A DNA stretch of 64,000 bases from Vicinamibacterales bacterium (GTDB taxonomy: Bacteria > Acidobacteriota > Vicinamibacteria > Vicinamibacterales > UBA8438). Positions 35,020-45,376 of this stretch are shown one piece after another. Made by a program: the position numbers and the translations under genes. The stretch's first letter is position 1. Each line of letters opens with the position of its first letter. Where the stretch lies: NCBI GenBank assembly GCA_965206705.1, contig CBDBKJ010000005.1, positions 642,979 through 706,978 on the forward strand, read 5' to 3'. Under the pieces are notes generated by a model. It worked only from the letters and a program-made list of their open reading frames with translations. It had not been told where the DNA came from and did not search any database.

Positions 35020-36200
35020 CCCAGCCTCATGCGCTCGAGGCCGACCACCCGGTCGTAGACCAGATAGAGAGCCGTCACGCAGGCCAGCAGGATCCCGCCG
35101 AGGGCGCCCGCGAGCCCCCAGTTCAGCGACGTCTGCATGTGGTAGGCGATGAAGTTCGAGATGAGCTGGCCACTCTGGCCGCCCACCAGGGCAGGGGTGA
35201 TGTAGTAGCCGATGGCGAGGATGAAGACGAGCAGCGACCCTGCCCCGACCCCGGACAGGGTCTGCGGCCAGTAGACGCGCAGGAACGCATGGGGGAAGCT
35301 GGCCCCCAGCGAGGCGGCGGCGTTCATCTGCTGCGCCGGAATCGCGCGCATGATCGAGTAGACCGGCAGCACCATGAAGGGCAGGAGCACGTGGGTCATC
35401 GCCACCACCGTGCCCGTCATGTTGTAGATGAGGGCGATGCGGCCGTCGTCGCCGACCAGCCCGAGGGCGACGAGCAGGTCGTTGACCACCCCCTGGGTCT
35501 GGAGCAGCACGATCCACGAGGTGGTCCTGACGAGCAGCGACGTCCAGAAGGGCAGGAGGACCAGCCCGAGGAGCAGGCCGGCGCGCCGCGGGGGTGCGTG
35601 CGCGATCAGATACGCGATCGGGTAGCCCAGCAGCAGGCACAGTACGGTGATGCCGAGGCTGACGACGAGAGTGCGCCACAGCAGGGGCACGTAGATGCGG
35701 CGGTCGGACGGCTGGCGGGCGATCGACCCGTCGGGCAGCCGCTGCAGGTCGACGGCGTTCAGGTAGTGCCGGGCGGTGAGGCGCTCGCCGGCGGTGCGGA
35801 TGGCCCGCCAGGTCGCGGGTTCGCCCCAATCGTCGTCGATGTCCAGCATGACCGCGCGCCACGGCCCCCCGGAGAAGTCCTGCAGGCGTCTCGCGCTGCG
35901 CACGACGACGCTCCGCAGACCGCCGCGCACCCGGTTGATGCGGTTCGCCACGCGGCCGATCGTCCGTTCTTCCCGCGCGCGCAGCAGCTCGCGCACGGCC
36001 GCCGCGTACGCCGCTTCGCCGGGATCGGACCGTCCGTCCCAATCGCGCAGCGCCGCGAGGGTGTCGGGCAGCGCGTCGGCGACAACCGGGTCGTAGACGC
36101 TGCGCGCGAGCATCGTCGCCAGCGGCACCACGAACGTGACGCCGATGAAGGCGACGAGGGGCAGCGCGAGCCCGGCCGCGCGCAGGGCGGGTCGGGTCAC
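35016..36200 (-). CDS. ABC transporter permease (PotB/PotH-like, long periplasmic insert)
   Basis: GTG start overlapping the binding-protein stop (GTGA). EAA loop AAASLGASFPHAFLRVYWPQTLSG. ATGA-type overlap with the next permease. Confidence 0.8.
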   Translation of the reverse strand: MTRPALRAAGLALPLVAFIGVTFVVPLATMLARSVYDPVVADALPDTLAALRDWDGRSDPGEAAYAAAVRELLRAREERTIGRVANRINRVRGGLRSVVVRSARRLQDFSGGPWRAVMLDIDDDWGEPATWRAIRTAGERLTARHYLNAVDLQRLPDGSIARQPSDRRIYVPLLWRTLVVSLGITVLCLLLGYPIAYLIAHAPPRRAGLLLGLVLLPFWTSLLVRTTSWIVLLQTQGVVNDLLVALGLVGDDGRIALIYNMTGTVVAMTHVLLPFMVLPVYSIMRAIPAQQMNAAASLGASFPHAFLRVYWPQTLSGVGAGSLLVFILAIGYYITPALVGGQSGQLISNFIAYHMQTSLNWGLAGALGGILLACVTALYLVYDRVVGLERMRLG

Positions 36201-37315
36201 CGCGCCAGCCACGCGCTGAAGCGCTCGTTCATCTCGTCCATGTGGTCGCTCCACCAGGCCCAGTCGCTCTGCAGGGCGCGCCGGGTGTTCGCCGGGTAGG
36301 CGGGCATGTGCGGATTCATCTCGATGCCGGTCTCGGCGTGCGTAGAGACGAGCGGCGCACCGGAACGGCGGGCGGGGCTGTAGGCGATGTAGCGGCTGAC
36401 GGCGCCCATCGACGCCGCGGTCGAGGCGAACCTGACGAGGTCGAGCGCCGCCTCGAGATCCGGGGTTCCCGCGACGATGCCGAGCTGCCCGACGTCCAGG
36501 ACCTGGCCGTCCCAGACGATCACGAACGGCTGGTCCTCCTGGTTCTGCGCGTTGAAGATGCGGCCGTTGTAGGCGGTGCTCATCACCACCTCGCCGTCCG
36601 CGAGCATCTGCGGGGGCTGCGCCCCCGCTTCCCACCACACCACCTGGTCCTTGATCGTGTCGAGCTTGCGGAAGGCGCGGTCGACCCCTTCCGGCGTGTC
36701 GAGCACGGCGTACACCTCGTCGAGCGGCACCCCGTCGGCGATCAGGGCGAACTCGAGGTTCACGAAGGGCACGCGCCGCAGTCCGCGGCGGCCGGGGAAG
36801 CGATCGAGGTCGAAGAAGTCCTCGATCGTGGTCGGTTTCGTGCCGGTCAGGCGCTCGGCGTTGTAGGCGTAGACGGTGGAGAAGAGCGACATGCCCACGC
36901 CGCACTCCAGTAGCGCGTCGGGCAGGAAGTCGTCCTGGGCCGCCGAGCCGTCCGGTCCCGGCGCGAGGAGGGCGGGGTCGATGGGTTCGAGAATGCCTTC
37001 GTCGCAGCCGCTCACCGCATCGGCCGTCTCGAGGTCGATGACGTCCCAGTGCACGTTGCCGGTCTCGACCTGCGCGCGCACCTGGGCCAGCCCGCCGTTG
37101 TAGTCGTCGAGCCGGATCTCGATGCCGGTCTCGGCCGTGAAGGCCTCGAGGTAGCCCTTGGTGATGGCCTGCGCGTACGAGCCGCCCCACGAGATGACCG
37201 TCAGCGACTCGCCGGGCGGCGGCCCGCAGCCGGACGCCGCCGCCGCCACCAGCAGCACGGGCGGCAACGCCGAGAGCCGGACGGCCGCCGCGAAACGTCC
37301 ACCGGTGCGGGTCAT
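36197..37315 (-). CDS. ABC transporter substrate-binding lipoprotein (polyamine/PotD-PotF-like family)
   Basis: Lipobox AAAASGC. LTVISWGGSYAQAITKGYLEAF and the overall 372-aa size fit the extracellular solute-binding family 1. Confidence 0.8.
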   Translation of the reverse strand: MTRTGGRFAAAVRLSALPPVLLVAAAASGCGPPPGESLTVISWGGSYAQAITKGYLEAFTAETGIEIRLDDYNGGLAQVRAQVETGNVHWDVIDLETADAVSGCDEGILEPIDPALLAPGPDGSAAQDDFLPDALLECGVGMSLFSTVYAYNAERLTGTKPTTIEDFFDLDRFPGRRGLRRVPFVNLEFALIADGVPLDEVYAVLDTPEGVDRAFRKLDTIKDQVVWWEAGAQPPQMLADGEVVMSTAYNGRIFNAQNQEDQPFVIVWDGQVLDVGQLGIVAGTPDLEAALDLVRFASTAASMGAVSRYIAYSPARRSGAPLVSTHAETGIEMNPHMPAYPANTRRALQSDWAWWSDHMDEMNERFSAWLAR

Positions 37316-38538
37316 GGCGCAGTCTCCCCGCCGTCGGCGTCCAGGACCCGGCTGTCGATCGGGGTCCAGCCGATGCGGATGCGGTCCCCTTCCAGCACCG
37401 CGCCGTGGCCCACGACGTTCGGGATCTTCACGATGAAGTTCGCCTGGTCGCAGACGGTCACGCGGATGCGGAGGTGGTCGCCGAGGAAGGTCACGTCGTC
37501 GATCGTCGCGTCGAACTCGTTGGTGTACGCCCCCGGCTCGGGGGCGATGGAGACGCGCTCGGGACGGATGGACAACAGAACGGAGTCGCCGGTCCGGCAG
37601 GGGACGACACGCAACGCCCGGACCTGCCGGCCGCTGACGTCCACGTCGCAGATGTCCCCCCGAACGCTGGTCACCCGGCCGGTAAGGCGGTTGTTCTCGC
37701 CGATGAACCGGGCCACGAACGAGCAGTCCGGCTCTTCGTAGAGGGCTTCCGGCGAGGCGATCTGCTCGACGACGCCGGCCCGGAAAACGGCGACCCGATC
37801 CGACATCACCATGGCCTCTTGCTGGTCGTGGGTGACGTACACCATCGTCACCCCGAGGTCGCGGTGGATGCGCCGGATCTCGTACTGGAGCTCCTCGCGG
37901 AGGCGGCGGTCGAGGGCGCCGAGGGGCTCGTCCATCAGGACCAGCTCCGGCTCGAACACGAGGGCGCGCGCGATGGCCACGCGCTGCTGCTGGCCTCCCG
38001 ACAGTTGGCCGGGCCGTCGATGCTCCAGGCCCTCCAGCCGCACGAGTTGCAGGGCGCGGCGCACCCGTTCCCGGCGGTCGTCGGCATCGAGCCCGCGCAC
38101 TTCGAGCGGAAACGCGAGGTTGTCGCCCACCGTCATGTGCGGGAAGAGGGCGTAGTTCTGGAACACCATGCCGATGCCGCGCCGGCGCGGCGGCAGGTGA
38201 TGCACCGACCGGCCGCCGATACGGATGACCCCCGAGGTGGGGGCCTCGAACCCGGCGAGCATCATCAAGCAGGTCGTCTTGCCGGATCCGGAAGGGCCGA
38301 GGAGCGTGAGGAACTCGCCCCTCGCGATCCGCAGGTCGAGGTCGCGCACGACGAGGGTCCGGCCGTCATAGCTCTTGCTGACGCCGTCGAACACGACGTG
38401 CTCGGCGTCGCTCGCGGCCGGCGTGTCCTGCGCGGGCGCCGAGGGGGGCGGCGCGAGCTCGACGTCGGTGTTCGATTCCGGCACCGGCGAATTATACTGT
38501 CGGCGAACCGCAATGCGGAGTCCGCGGGTCGCCGGCAT
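37312..38538 (-). CDS. ABC transporter ATP-binding protein (PotA-like, with C-terminal TOBE-like domain)
   Basis: Walker A GPSGSGKTT, Q-loop MVFQNYALFPH, signature LSGGQQQRVAIARAL, Walker B LVLMDEPLGALD. Confidence 0.9.
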   Translation of the reverse strand: MPATRGLRIAVRRQYNSPVPESNTDVELAPPPSAPAQDTPAASDAEHVVFDGVSKSYDGRTLVVRDLDLRIARGEFLTLLGPSGSGKTTCLMMLAGFEAPTSGVIRIGGRSVHHLPPRRRGIGMVFQNYALFPHMTVGDNLAFPLEVRGLDADDRRERVRRALQLVRLEGLEHRRPGQLSGGQQQRVAIARALVFEPELVLMDEPLGALDRRLREELQYEIRRIHRDLGVTMVYVTHDQQEAMVMSDRVAVFRAGVVEQIASPEALYEEPDCSFVARFIGENNRLTGRVTSVRGDICDVDVSGRQVRALRVVPCRTGDSVLLSIRPERVSIAPEPGAYTNEFDATIDDVTFLGDHLRIRVTVCDQANFIVKIPNVVGHGAVLEGDRIRIGWTPIDSRVLDADGGETAP

Positions 38539-38649
38539 CGCCCGGTCGCCGGCAGCTCGCGGCGTCGGGGCGCGCCCGAGCCCGAGCCCGTTTCCGGGCC
38601 GCGCGGCGGGCGTCGAAGGCATTGGGACACGGGCCGGCGAGGTCGGACG

Positions 38650-39435
38650 GTGATCGCTAATCGAACGGTTTCGGGCTGGTGGCGCTGGGTGCTGGGTGCG
38701 GTGCTGGCGGGGTTGGCGGCGGCGCCGGCGGCCGCGCAGACCGAGTTCCAGTTCCAGTACGGCCGTCTCGTGAATCCCTTCTCGGCGCAGTCGACGCCGA
38801 GCCGCATCTTGACGTTCCAGCAGGCGTCGGGCTGGTCTCTCGGGGACAGCTTCTTCTTCATCGACTACATCGACGACGACCTCGGCGACGGCTTCAACGA
38901 CAAGGACTTCTACGGCGAGTGGTACCCGACGCTGAGCTTCGGCAAGATGTCCGGTCGAACGGTGGGCGGAGGGCCGCTCCGGGACGTCGCCCTCATCGGC
39001 GGCATCAACTTCGGCGGCGACGCCGACTTCTTCAAGTACCTGCCCGGCGTCCGGCTGTCGTGGGCGGTGCCCGGCTTCTTCTTCCTGAACACCGACATCA
39101 CCGCGTTCATCGACGGCAACACCGGCAGCGCCGCCCCGCGGACGAGCAACAGCTGGATGTTCGACGTCAACTGGGGTGCCGGGTTCGACGTCGGCAGCCA
39201 GTCGTTCGGGTTCTTCGGCCATGCCGAGTACATCCACCGCGTCGTCGACGAGTTCGGCAACGAGGTCCGGAGCTGGATCCTCGCCCAGCCCCAGTTCGTC
39301 TGGGACCTCGGCAAGGCCGTGAGCGGCCACGCCAATCAGCTCTTCATGGGCAGCGAATACCAGTACTGGCCGAACAAGCTGGGCACCGACACCGACGAGA
39401 ACCTGCTGCAGTTCCTGATAATCTGGCGGCTCTGA
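38650..39435 (+). CDS. outer-membrane beta-barrel protein, Tsx/OmpK-like (tentative); start uncertain (GTG)
   Basis: Signal peptide ...VLAGLAAAPAAAQ, alternating beta-strand pattern, FYGEWYPTLSF, and a C-terminus ...LLQFLIIWRL. Confidence 0.55.
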   Translation: MIANRTVSGWWRWVLGAVLAGLAAAPAAAQTEFQFQYGRLVNPFSAQSTPSRILTFQQASGWSLGDSFFFIDYIDDDLGDGFNDKDFYGEWYPTLSFGKMSGRTVGGGPLRDVALIGGINFGGDADFFKYLPGVRLSWAVPGFFFLNTDITAFIDGNTGSAAPRTSNSWMFDVNWGAGFDVGSQSFGFFGHAEYIHRVVDEFGNEVRSWILAQPQFVWDLGKAVSGHANQLFMGSEYQYWPNKLGTDTDENLLQFLIIWRL

Positions 39436-39446
39436 CGGAGCACCGC

Positions 39447-40881
39447 ATGGATTTCGGCGCGTACGAGATCGACCCCGCGGTCTACGACGAGATGTTCGGG
39501 GCGGACGGCGCGCCCCGGGAGCACAGCCGCCTGCTGCACGAGACGCTGGGGCGGCTGTCTGTCGGCGAGCTCGGCGAGATTCAGGAGCGGGTCAGCCGGT
39601 CGTTCCTCAACGAGGGCATCACCTTCACGGTCTACAGCGACGAGGCGGCGGACGAGCGCATCATCCCCATCGACTGCATTCCCCGCATTCTGGCGGCCGC
39701 CGAATGGAAACGGCTCGAGGCCGGCCTCGTGCAGCGGGTCCTCGCCCTGAACCACTTTCTCGGCGACGTCTACAGCGACGGCCGTGCCATCCCCGACGGG
39801 GTCATCCCCGAAGATCTGGTGTACGACTGTCCCCAGTACCGCCGCGAGATGCGCGGGGTGAACCCGCCCCACGGGACCTGGGTCACCATCTGCGGTACCG
39901 ACGTCGTACGCACCACCGACGGGTTCATGGTGCTCGAAGACAACCTGCGGGTGCCGTCGGGGGTGTCCTGCATGATCGCCAACCGCAAGGCGGTGAAGGC
40001 GAGCCTGCGGCGCCTCTATCGGCAGTGCCGGGTGCGGGAGGTCGAGCACTACGGGCGCCTGCTGCGCGATACGCTGCGCGAGCTCGCCCCCGCCGACTGC
40101 AGCGAGCCGACCCTGGCCCTGCTGACCCCCGGGGTGGCCAACTCGGCGTTCTACGAGCACATGTTCCTGGCCAACGAGATCGGCGGCGAGCTGGTGGAAG
40201 GACGCGATCTGCTGGTCAGGAACCGGGTCGTCTACATGCGCACGACGGAGGGGCTGCGGCGCGTCGACGTCATCTACCGGCGCGTGGACGACGACTTCCT
40301 CGATCCGCTCGTCTTCCGTCCCGATTCGCTGCTCGGGGTGCCCGGCCTGATGGAGGCCTACCGGCACGGCAACGTGGTGATCGCGAACGCCCCCGGGACC
40401 GGCGTGGCCGACGACAAGAGCGTGTACCCCTATGTGCCGGACCTTATCCGCTACTACCTGAGCGAGGATCCGATCCTGGCCAACGTCCCGACCCGCATCT
40501 GCCGCCGGCCGGCGCACCTCGAATACACGCTCGACAACCTCGAGCGGCTCGTCGTGAAACGGGTCGGCGAGTCCGGCGGCTACGGCATGCTGATCGGTCC
40601 CCATTCCACGCCGGCCGAGCGCGAGGCGTATGCCCGGGAGATGCGGGCCAACCCCGCCGATTTCGTCTCGCAGCCGGTCCTGTCGCTCTCCTGCGCGCCC
40701 TGCTTCGTCGACGGCCGGGCCGAGCCGCGCCGCGTCGACCTGCGCCCGTTCGTGCTCCGGGGGCGGCAGACCCGCCTCGTGCTCGGGCGCGTTCTGCCGC
40801 GTCGCTCTCCGCCGCGGCAGCATCGTCGTGAACTCGAGCCAGGGCGGCGGCGGCAAGGACATCTGGGTCCTGGAAGACTGA
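39447..40881 (+). pseudogene. circularly permuted type-2 ATP-grasp protein, frameshift near 40780-40790
   Basis: MDFGAYEIDPAVYDEMF...NAPGTGVADDKSVYPYVPDLIRYYL...[16 protein letters not shown], then frame 1 continues ...[29 protein letters not shown] (ORF 40630..40881). Length is 3n+1. Confidence 0.8.
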
Positions 40882-41855
40882 ATGCTGGCGCGCAACGCGG
40901 AGGGTCTCTACTGGATGGGCCGCTACGTCGAGCGGACGGGCCACCTCTGCCGCCTGCTGGGCGAGCAGATGGAGACCCTGGTCGACCGGCCGATCCGCGA
41001 GATCAACTTCGGTTGGATCCGCATCTACGCGGCGCTGCGCCGGCCGCCGCCCGGCCCCGCGATCGGATTCGGCGGATTCGACGACGATTTCGCCCTCGCC
41101 GATTCGTTCACGCTCGCCGACGATCTCACCTTCGAGCGATCGAACCCCGATTCGGTGTGGAACTGCTTCTCCGCGGGCCGGGAGAACGCGCGGCAGATGC
41201 GCCACTGCATCACCGGCGAGATGTGGAGCTGCCTGAATCTCGCCTACTTGCGGCTCCGGGAGCGGCAGATCGAGGAGATCTGGAAGACCGCGCCGGAGAT
41301 CTTCTATGCGGCGTGTCGCGGGAGGTCGACACCTTCACGGGCGTGGCCGAGCGGACCATGTATCGGGACGATCGGTGGCGCTTTCTGCAGATCGGCCGGT
41401 GTACCGAGCGCGTACAGCTGCTGGTCTCACTGCTGCTGGCCCACGTCGAAGGAGTCGTGGCGGCCGAGGAGACCTCCGACCACGACTGGATGAGCCTGCT
41501 GCGCATCTGTCACGCGATCGATGCCTACGCGCATCGCTACGGCGTCGCGATCCGGATGGAGCAAGTGTTCGATCTGCTGGTCATCGACCCCAAGCTGTCG
41601 CGATCGCTGTACTGCGCGGCCGATGGGGCGGCCCGCGAGCTGGCTGCGCTCGCGCCGGGACCGGGACCGACCGGCGACGCCGCGCGTCTCGCGGAACGAA
41701 TCACCGAGACCGTTCGTAGCGGGTGGCTGTCGGAAGGGGAGTCGTTGGAGAACCGCCGCGACCGTCTCCGGCAGATAGAAACCCAGTGCCGGGGTTTCCA
41801 CGATCTCGTGATGGCGGCTCATGTCCAGTACGACGCCGGCGATCCGGCACTCTGA
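40882..41855 (+). pseudogene. alpha-E domain protein (DUF403), frameshift near 41308-41313
   Basis: MLARNAEGLYWMGRYVERTGH... up to ...TAPEIFYAA, then another frame continues VSREVDTFTGVAERTMYRDDRWRFLQIGRCTERVQLL... to 41855. Length is 3n+2. TGA-ATG junction with the ATP-grasp gene. Confidence 0.8.
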
Positions 41856-41964
41856 CGGACACGGCTCGCCGGCGACCCGGGCGGGTGAACCCCCGGCGAT
41901 CGAGGCGCTCCCGGATGTTCGGGCCGGCGACCTCCGGGACGTCGGCGCGTTTCGGGCGGGGAGG

Positions 41965-42303
41965 TCAGGAGATGTCCAGCGCCGCCTTGCGCGAGTCGCG
42001 AATCGGTATGATCTGATCGAAGCCGCTGACGCGGAAGACTTCCTCGATGTGGTCCTGCATGTTGCACAGGGCAATGGTGCCTTCGTTTGCGCTGAGTCTC
42101 TTGGCGGCGATGAGGAGCACCCGCATCCCGGAGCTGCTGATGAACGACAGACGGCCGAAGTCGAAGATCAGCCGCCGTTCGTCGTTGCCGATGTGATCCA
42201 TCACGATCGACTCGAACGCCCGCGCGTTCGCGCTGTCGAGTCGTCCGACCGGCAGCAGTACCAGCGCCCCGTCTTCCCGTTCTTCTGCGACTTCAATGTT
42301 CAT
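41965..42303 (-). CDS. STAS-domain anti-sigma-factor antagonist (RsbV/SpoIIAA-like)
   Basis: LIFDFGRLSFISSSGMRVLLIAAKRL with the conserved phosphorylatable Ser context. 112 aa. Confidence 0.85.
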   Translation of the reverse strand: MNIEVAEEREDGALVLLPVGRLDSANARAFESIVMDHIGNDERRLIFDFGRLSFISSSGMRVLLIAAKRLSANEGTIALCNMQDHIEEVFRVSGFDQIIPIRDSRKAALDIS

Positions 42304-42339
42304 CGATGCCCCTCGGCCGGGAGTCCCGCGACCGTCCGG

Positions 42340-42771
42340 TCATGCGGATTCCGACTTGAAATGGTGATGTACCGTCAAACGGTTCTTGCCGTCCGCGAAT
42401 TGGTAGGACACCTCGTGGGCGAAGGATCTGACGAGATGCAGGCCGAGGCCACCCACCTCCCTGTCTTCGAGTGACGACGTGGTATCCACGTCGTCCGCCT
42501 TCATCTCCGTCGGATCGAAGGGCGACCCGTTGTCCTCCATGATCAGGACCACGACGTCCCGTTCGGCCTTCAGATGGACGTCTATCGTGGGATCGGGCAC
42601 TGCGAAGGTGCCGTGCGTCACGGCATTGGTGATCAACTCGTCGAGTGCCAGGTTGATCACGAAGACCGTCGGCAGCGGCAGCTGGTTCGCGTCTCCGAAC
42701 TCTTCGACGGCGGCCGACAGATTACGAACTTCGGTCAGCTTGGCCGGCAGCGAGACGTGAAGGTCAGGCAT
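42340..42771 (-). CDS. anti-sigma regulatory Ser/Thr kinase (RsbW/SpoIIAB-like, HATPase_c_2)
   Basis: LALDELITNAVTHG (N-box), VVLIMEDNGSPFDP (G1) and GGLGLHLVRSF (G2). Confidence 0.8.
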   Translation of the reverse strand: MPDLHVSLPAKLTEVRNLSAAVEEFGDANQLPLPTVFVINLALDELITNAVTHGTFAVPDPTIDVHLKAERDVVVLIMEDNGSPFDPTEMKADDVDTTSSLEDREVGGLGLHLVRSFAHEVSYQFADGKNRLTVHHHFKSESA

Positions 42772-42865
42772 GTTTCCGCACGCGATTCGACGGACCGCAG
42801 TGCGCCACTATAACAACATCCGGTGGAACCAATCCACTTGGCGGGTCACCGCGGTACCGGCGCGT

Positions 42866-45376
42866 TCATCGGCGGCGCAGCACGAGGCAGGTCATGTCGT
42901 CGGCGGCGGCGGCTCCGGTCGAGAAGCTCCCGATCCGGTTCCAGACATGGTCGACTATCTCCGCGGGTGAGCGCCGCGACGCGCCATCGAGCGTTCCCTC
43001 CAGGCGTTCCTTGCCGAACAGGGTGCCGCTGAGGTTCACGGCGTCGGTCAGACCGTCCGTGTACAGAAACAGGGTCTCGTCCGGCTGAAGGGTTTCGCTT
43101 CCGCTCGCGTAGTCGAAATCCTCCATCAGGCCCATCGCCAGGCCTCGGGTCATGGGGAGGGGGCGACGGCTGTCGTCGGGGGCGACGAGATAGGCCGGTT
43201 CGTGTCCGGCGCAGACGTAATCGAACCTGCCGCTCTCCATGTCGAGGATACCGAGGACGCAGGTCACGAACAGTCCCATCGGATTCTGCTGGCAGAGCCG
43301 GCGGTTCGCCTCGTTGGCGATCGTCGAGATTTGGGTGTGCTCGGCGAACGCCGACGTCATTGCCGCCTGGGATGCGGCCATGAACAGGGCGGCGGCGACC
43401 CCCTTGCCGGATACGTCGCCGATCACGAAGAACAGGGTCCCGCTCGACGGTTCCGAGAACTCCACCAGGTCGCCGCCGATCTGCTGCGCCGGGGTCATCC
43501 GCGCCGCTACCGTGAAGGTCTCGAAGTCGGCGTTGCCTTCCCGCACCAGCGCCATTTGCACGACCTTCGCCATCGAGAGATCCTGCTCGATGGCTTGGTG
43601 TGCGAGTTGCAGGTGCTGATTGCTTGTCTGCAACTCGCGGGTCCGCGCCGCCACCATCGTCTCGAGCTGTTCCTCGCGGTTGAAGACCTGGACCGTCATG
43701 TCGGAGAAGACACGGGCCAGACTGCCGAGCTCGTCCGTTCGACGGATCACCTCCTGCATCGCTGCGCTGTCCGGTGGCTTCCCGGTCTCGACCTGCCGTG
43801 CGGCATCGGCGATGACCTCGATTGGATGGGTCAGCCACCGCGTGCCGCCCGCGGCTGCGAAGCCGGTGAGAGCGAGCAGCACGAACGCGATGAGAACGGT
43901 GTTCCGGGTCTCGTTGAGCACCGCGTCGGCGATGTCGTCCAGGTTCACGGCGAGGGCCAGGCCCCCGATGGGAATCCCGCCGGTATTGATGAGGGGGGAC
44001 GCGACCCAGATGCCGCGCTCCTCGGGTGACCAGAGACTGAGGCTCGCGGCGCTGACCACGCGCCCCTGGTCCATGGCCACGTCCATGACCTCGGCGGCGC
44101 GGTTTCCCCCGAACAGCTGCCAGGCGTCCACCGTCTCGCCGGAGCTCTGCTGCTCCGCCCGCGGGGCGGCCGCGGCCAGATCGCGATCGAGGTTGACGAC
44201 CCAGAGCGCTTCGAGGTTCCGCTGGCGGACGAGGACGTCCGCTTCGCGCTGGTACACCGAGTAGAGCAGATTGCCCGACGCGCTCTCGATGGGAATGCCG
44301 ACCTGGACGCGCCGCCCGGCCTCCCCGGTGGCGGCGGTGACGTACTTGTAGAGCGCGCCGTCGGACGGCCGCGCCGCCGTCGGATGCTCCACGACACCCC
44401 GCGATCCCTCGGGCAGGTCGTCGAGGTCCCGGGGGCGCACGAGGGCCGCCTCGGCCCCGCCCGCGGCGGGCGCCAGCAGGCTCGAGTAGAGGGGGGCGTT
44501 GTTCGCGCCGGCGACGCGGATCTCGTCGATGATGGTCGTGGTGGCGATGCGCCTCAGCCGGAACTCGATGTCATCCCGCGTCCATCCGGCGGCCTCGGCG
44601 GCCGCGATGAAGCGCTCCAGCATGGTCGCCTGGGCCGCCATCTGCTGGCCCAGAATGCCCTCGATGATCGCGGAGACGTCGGCTCGCTGGGACGTGTAGG
44701 TGCTCGTCAGGATCTCCTGATCGCCGAAGACGATCGCGTTGCCGACCTGTACGATCCGCTCCTTGTCGACGCCGCCGACGCCGACGTACTTGTAGACCTC
44801 GTTGTCGATCTCCCGCACCTGGGCCGGCTGGGTGATCACGTCACCGTCGTCGACGCCGTCGAGCAGCACGTAGAACTTCGACGCCTGCGGCTGCACCGCC
44901 GGATCCGGATCGAACCCGAACGGCACCAGCGCGCCCCGTTCGTCCCGGACATTGGTGAGATAGGAGAACGCCGTCTCGTCGGTGATCCAGAACTCGTCGA
45001 GCACCGTCTCGCCGATGATGCTGTCCAGGATCCCGATGGTGCGGGGAGGGTCGTACTCGGCCGCCTCCGCCGCCGCCACGAGATGGGCGGCGATGTGGGC
45101 CTGGGCGATCATCTGCCCGTCGAGGGTCGCGTCGAGCGTCCGCGCGACGTTCGCCAGCGATATCTCGCCCATCTCCGCGAAGCTCGCGGAGAGCAGCTCG
45201 GACAGGTTCACCGCCGCCGCTTCGGCTTCGTCGCGCAGCGTGGCGGCGGCGTTGTAGAGGAGGGTGGCCGACGTGGCCACGATCGTCACCGCGAGCAGCA
45301 CCGCGAGGGCGAGAAAGCCCCGTACCGCGAGCCGCATCCGCACGCGAGGATGAGGCTTCGACCGGGGAACGGACAT
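42866..45376 (-). CDS. membrane sensor PP2C/SpoIIE-family phosphatase with large extracytoplasmic domain and HAMP linker (RsbU-like)
   Basis: GAGGA RBS before MSVPRSK. Two TM segments flank a ~430-aa periplasmic region. HAMP-like THPIEVIADAARQVETG. PP2C motifs GGDLVEF, FVIGDVSGKGVAAAL and LYTDGLTDA. Confidence 0.85.
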   Translation of the reverse strand: MSVPRSKPHPRVRMRLAVRGFLALAVLLAVTIVATSATLLYNAAATLRDEAEAAAVNLSELLSASFAEMGEISLANVARTLDATLDGQMIAQAHIAAHLVAAAEAAEYDPPRTIGILDSIIGETVLDEFWITDETAFSYLTNVRDERGALVPFGFDPDPAVQPQASKFYVLLDGVDDGDVITQPAQVREIDNEVYKYVGVGGVDKERIVQVGNAIVFGDQEILTSTYTSQRADVSAIIEGILGQQMAAQATMLERFIAAAEAAGWTRDDIEFRLRRIATTTIIDEIRVAGANNAPLYSSLLAPAAGGAEAALVRPRDLDDLPEGSRGVVEHPTAARPSDGALYKYVTAATGEAGRRVQVGIPIESASGNLLYSVYQREADVLVRQRNLEALWVVNLDRDLAAAAPRAEQQSSGETVDAWQLFGGNRAAEVMDVAMDQGRVVSAASLSLWSPEERGIWVASPLINTGGIPIGGLALAVNLDDIADAVLNETRNTVLIAFVLLALTGFAAAGGTRWLTHPIEVIADAARQVETGKPPDSAAMQEVIRRTDELGSLARVFSDMTVQVFNREEQLETMVAARTRELQTSNQHLQLAHQAIEQDLSMAKVVQMALVREGNADFETFTVAARMTPAQQIGGDLVEFSEPSSGTLFFVIGDVSGKGVAAALFMAASQAAMTSAFAEHTQISTIANEANRRLCQQNPMGLFVTCVLGILDMESGRFDYVCAGHEPAYLVAPDDSRRPLPMTRGLAMGLMEDFDYASGSETLQPDETLFLYTDGLTDAVNLSGTLFGKERLEGTLDGASRRSPAEIVDHVWNRIGSFSTGAAAADDMTCLVLRRR

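Noticed and set aside
38679-41855. 1058-aa single ORF spanning the Tsx-like, ATP-grasp and alpha-E regions
   Set aside because: An artefact of high G+C and frame changes. Only parts of this frame carry family-typical sequence (the ATP-grasp body and the alpha-E C-terminus). The rest is Arg/Pro/Gly-rich shadow translation.
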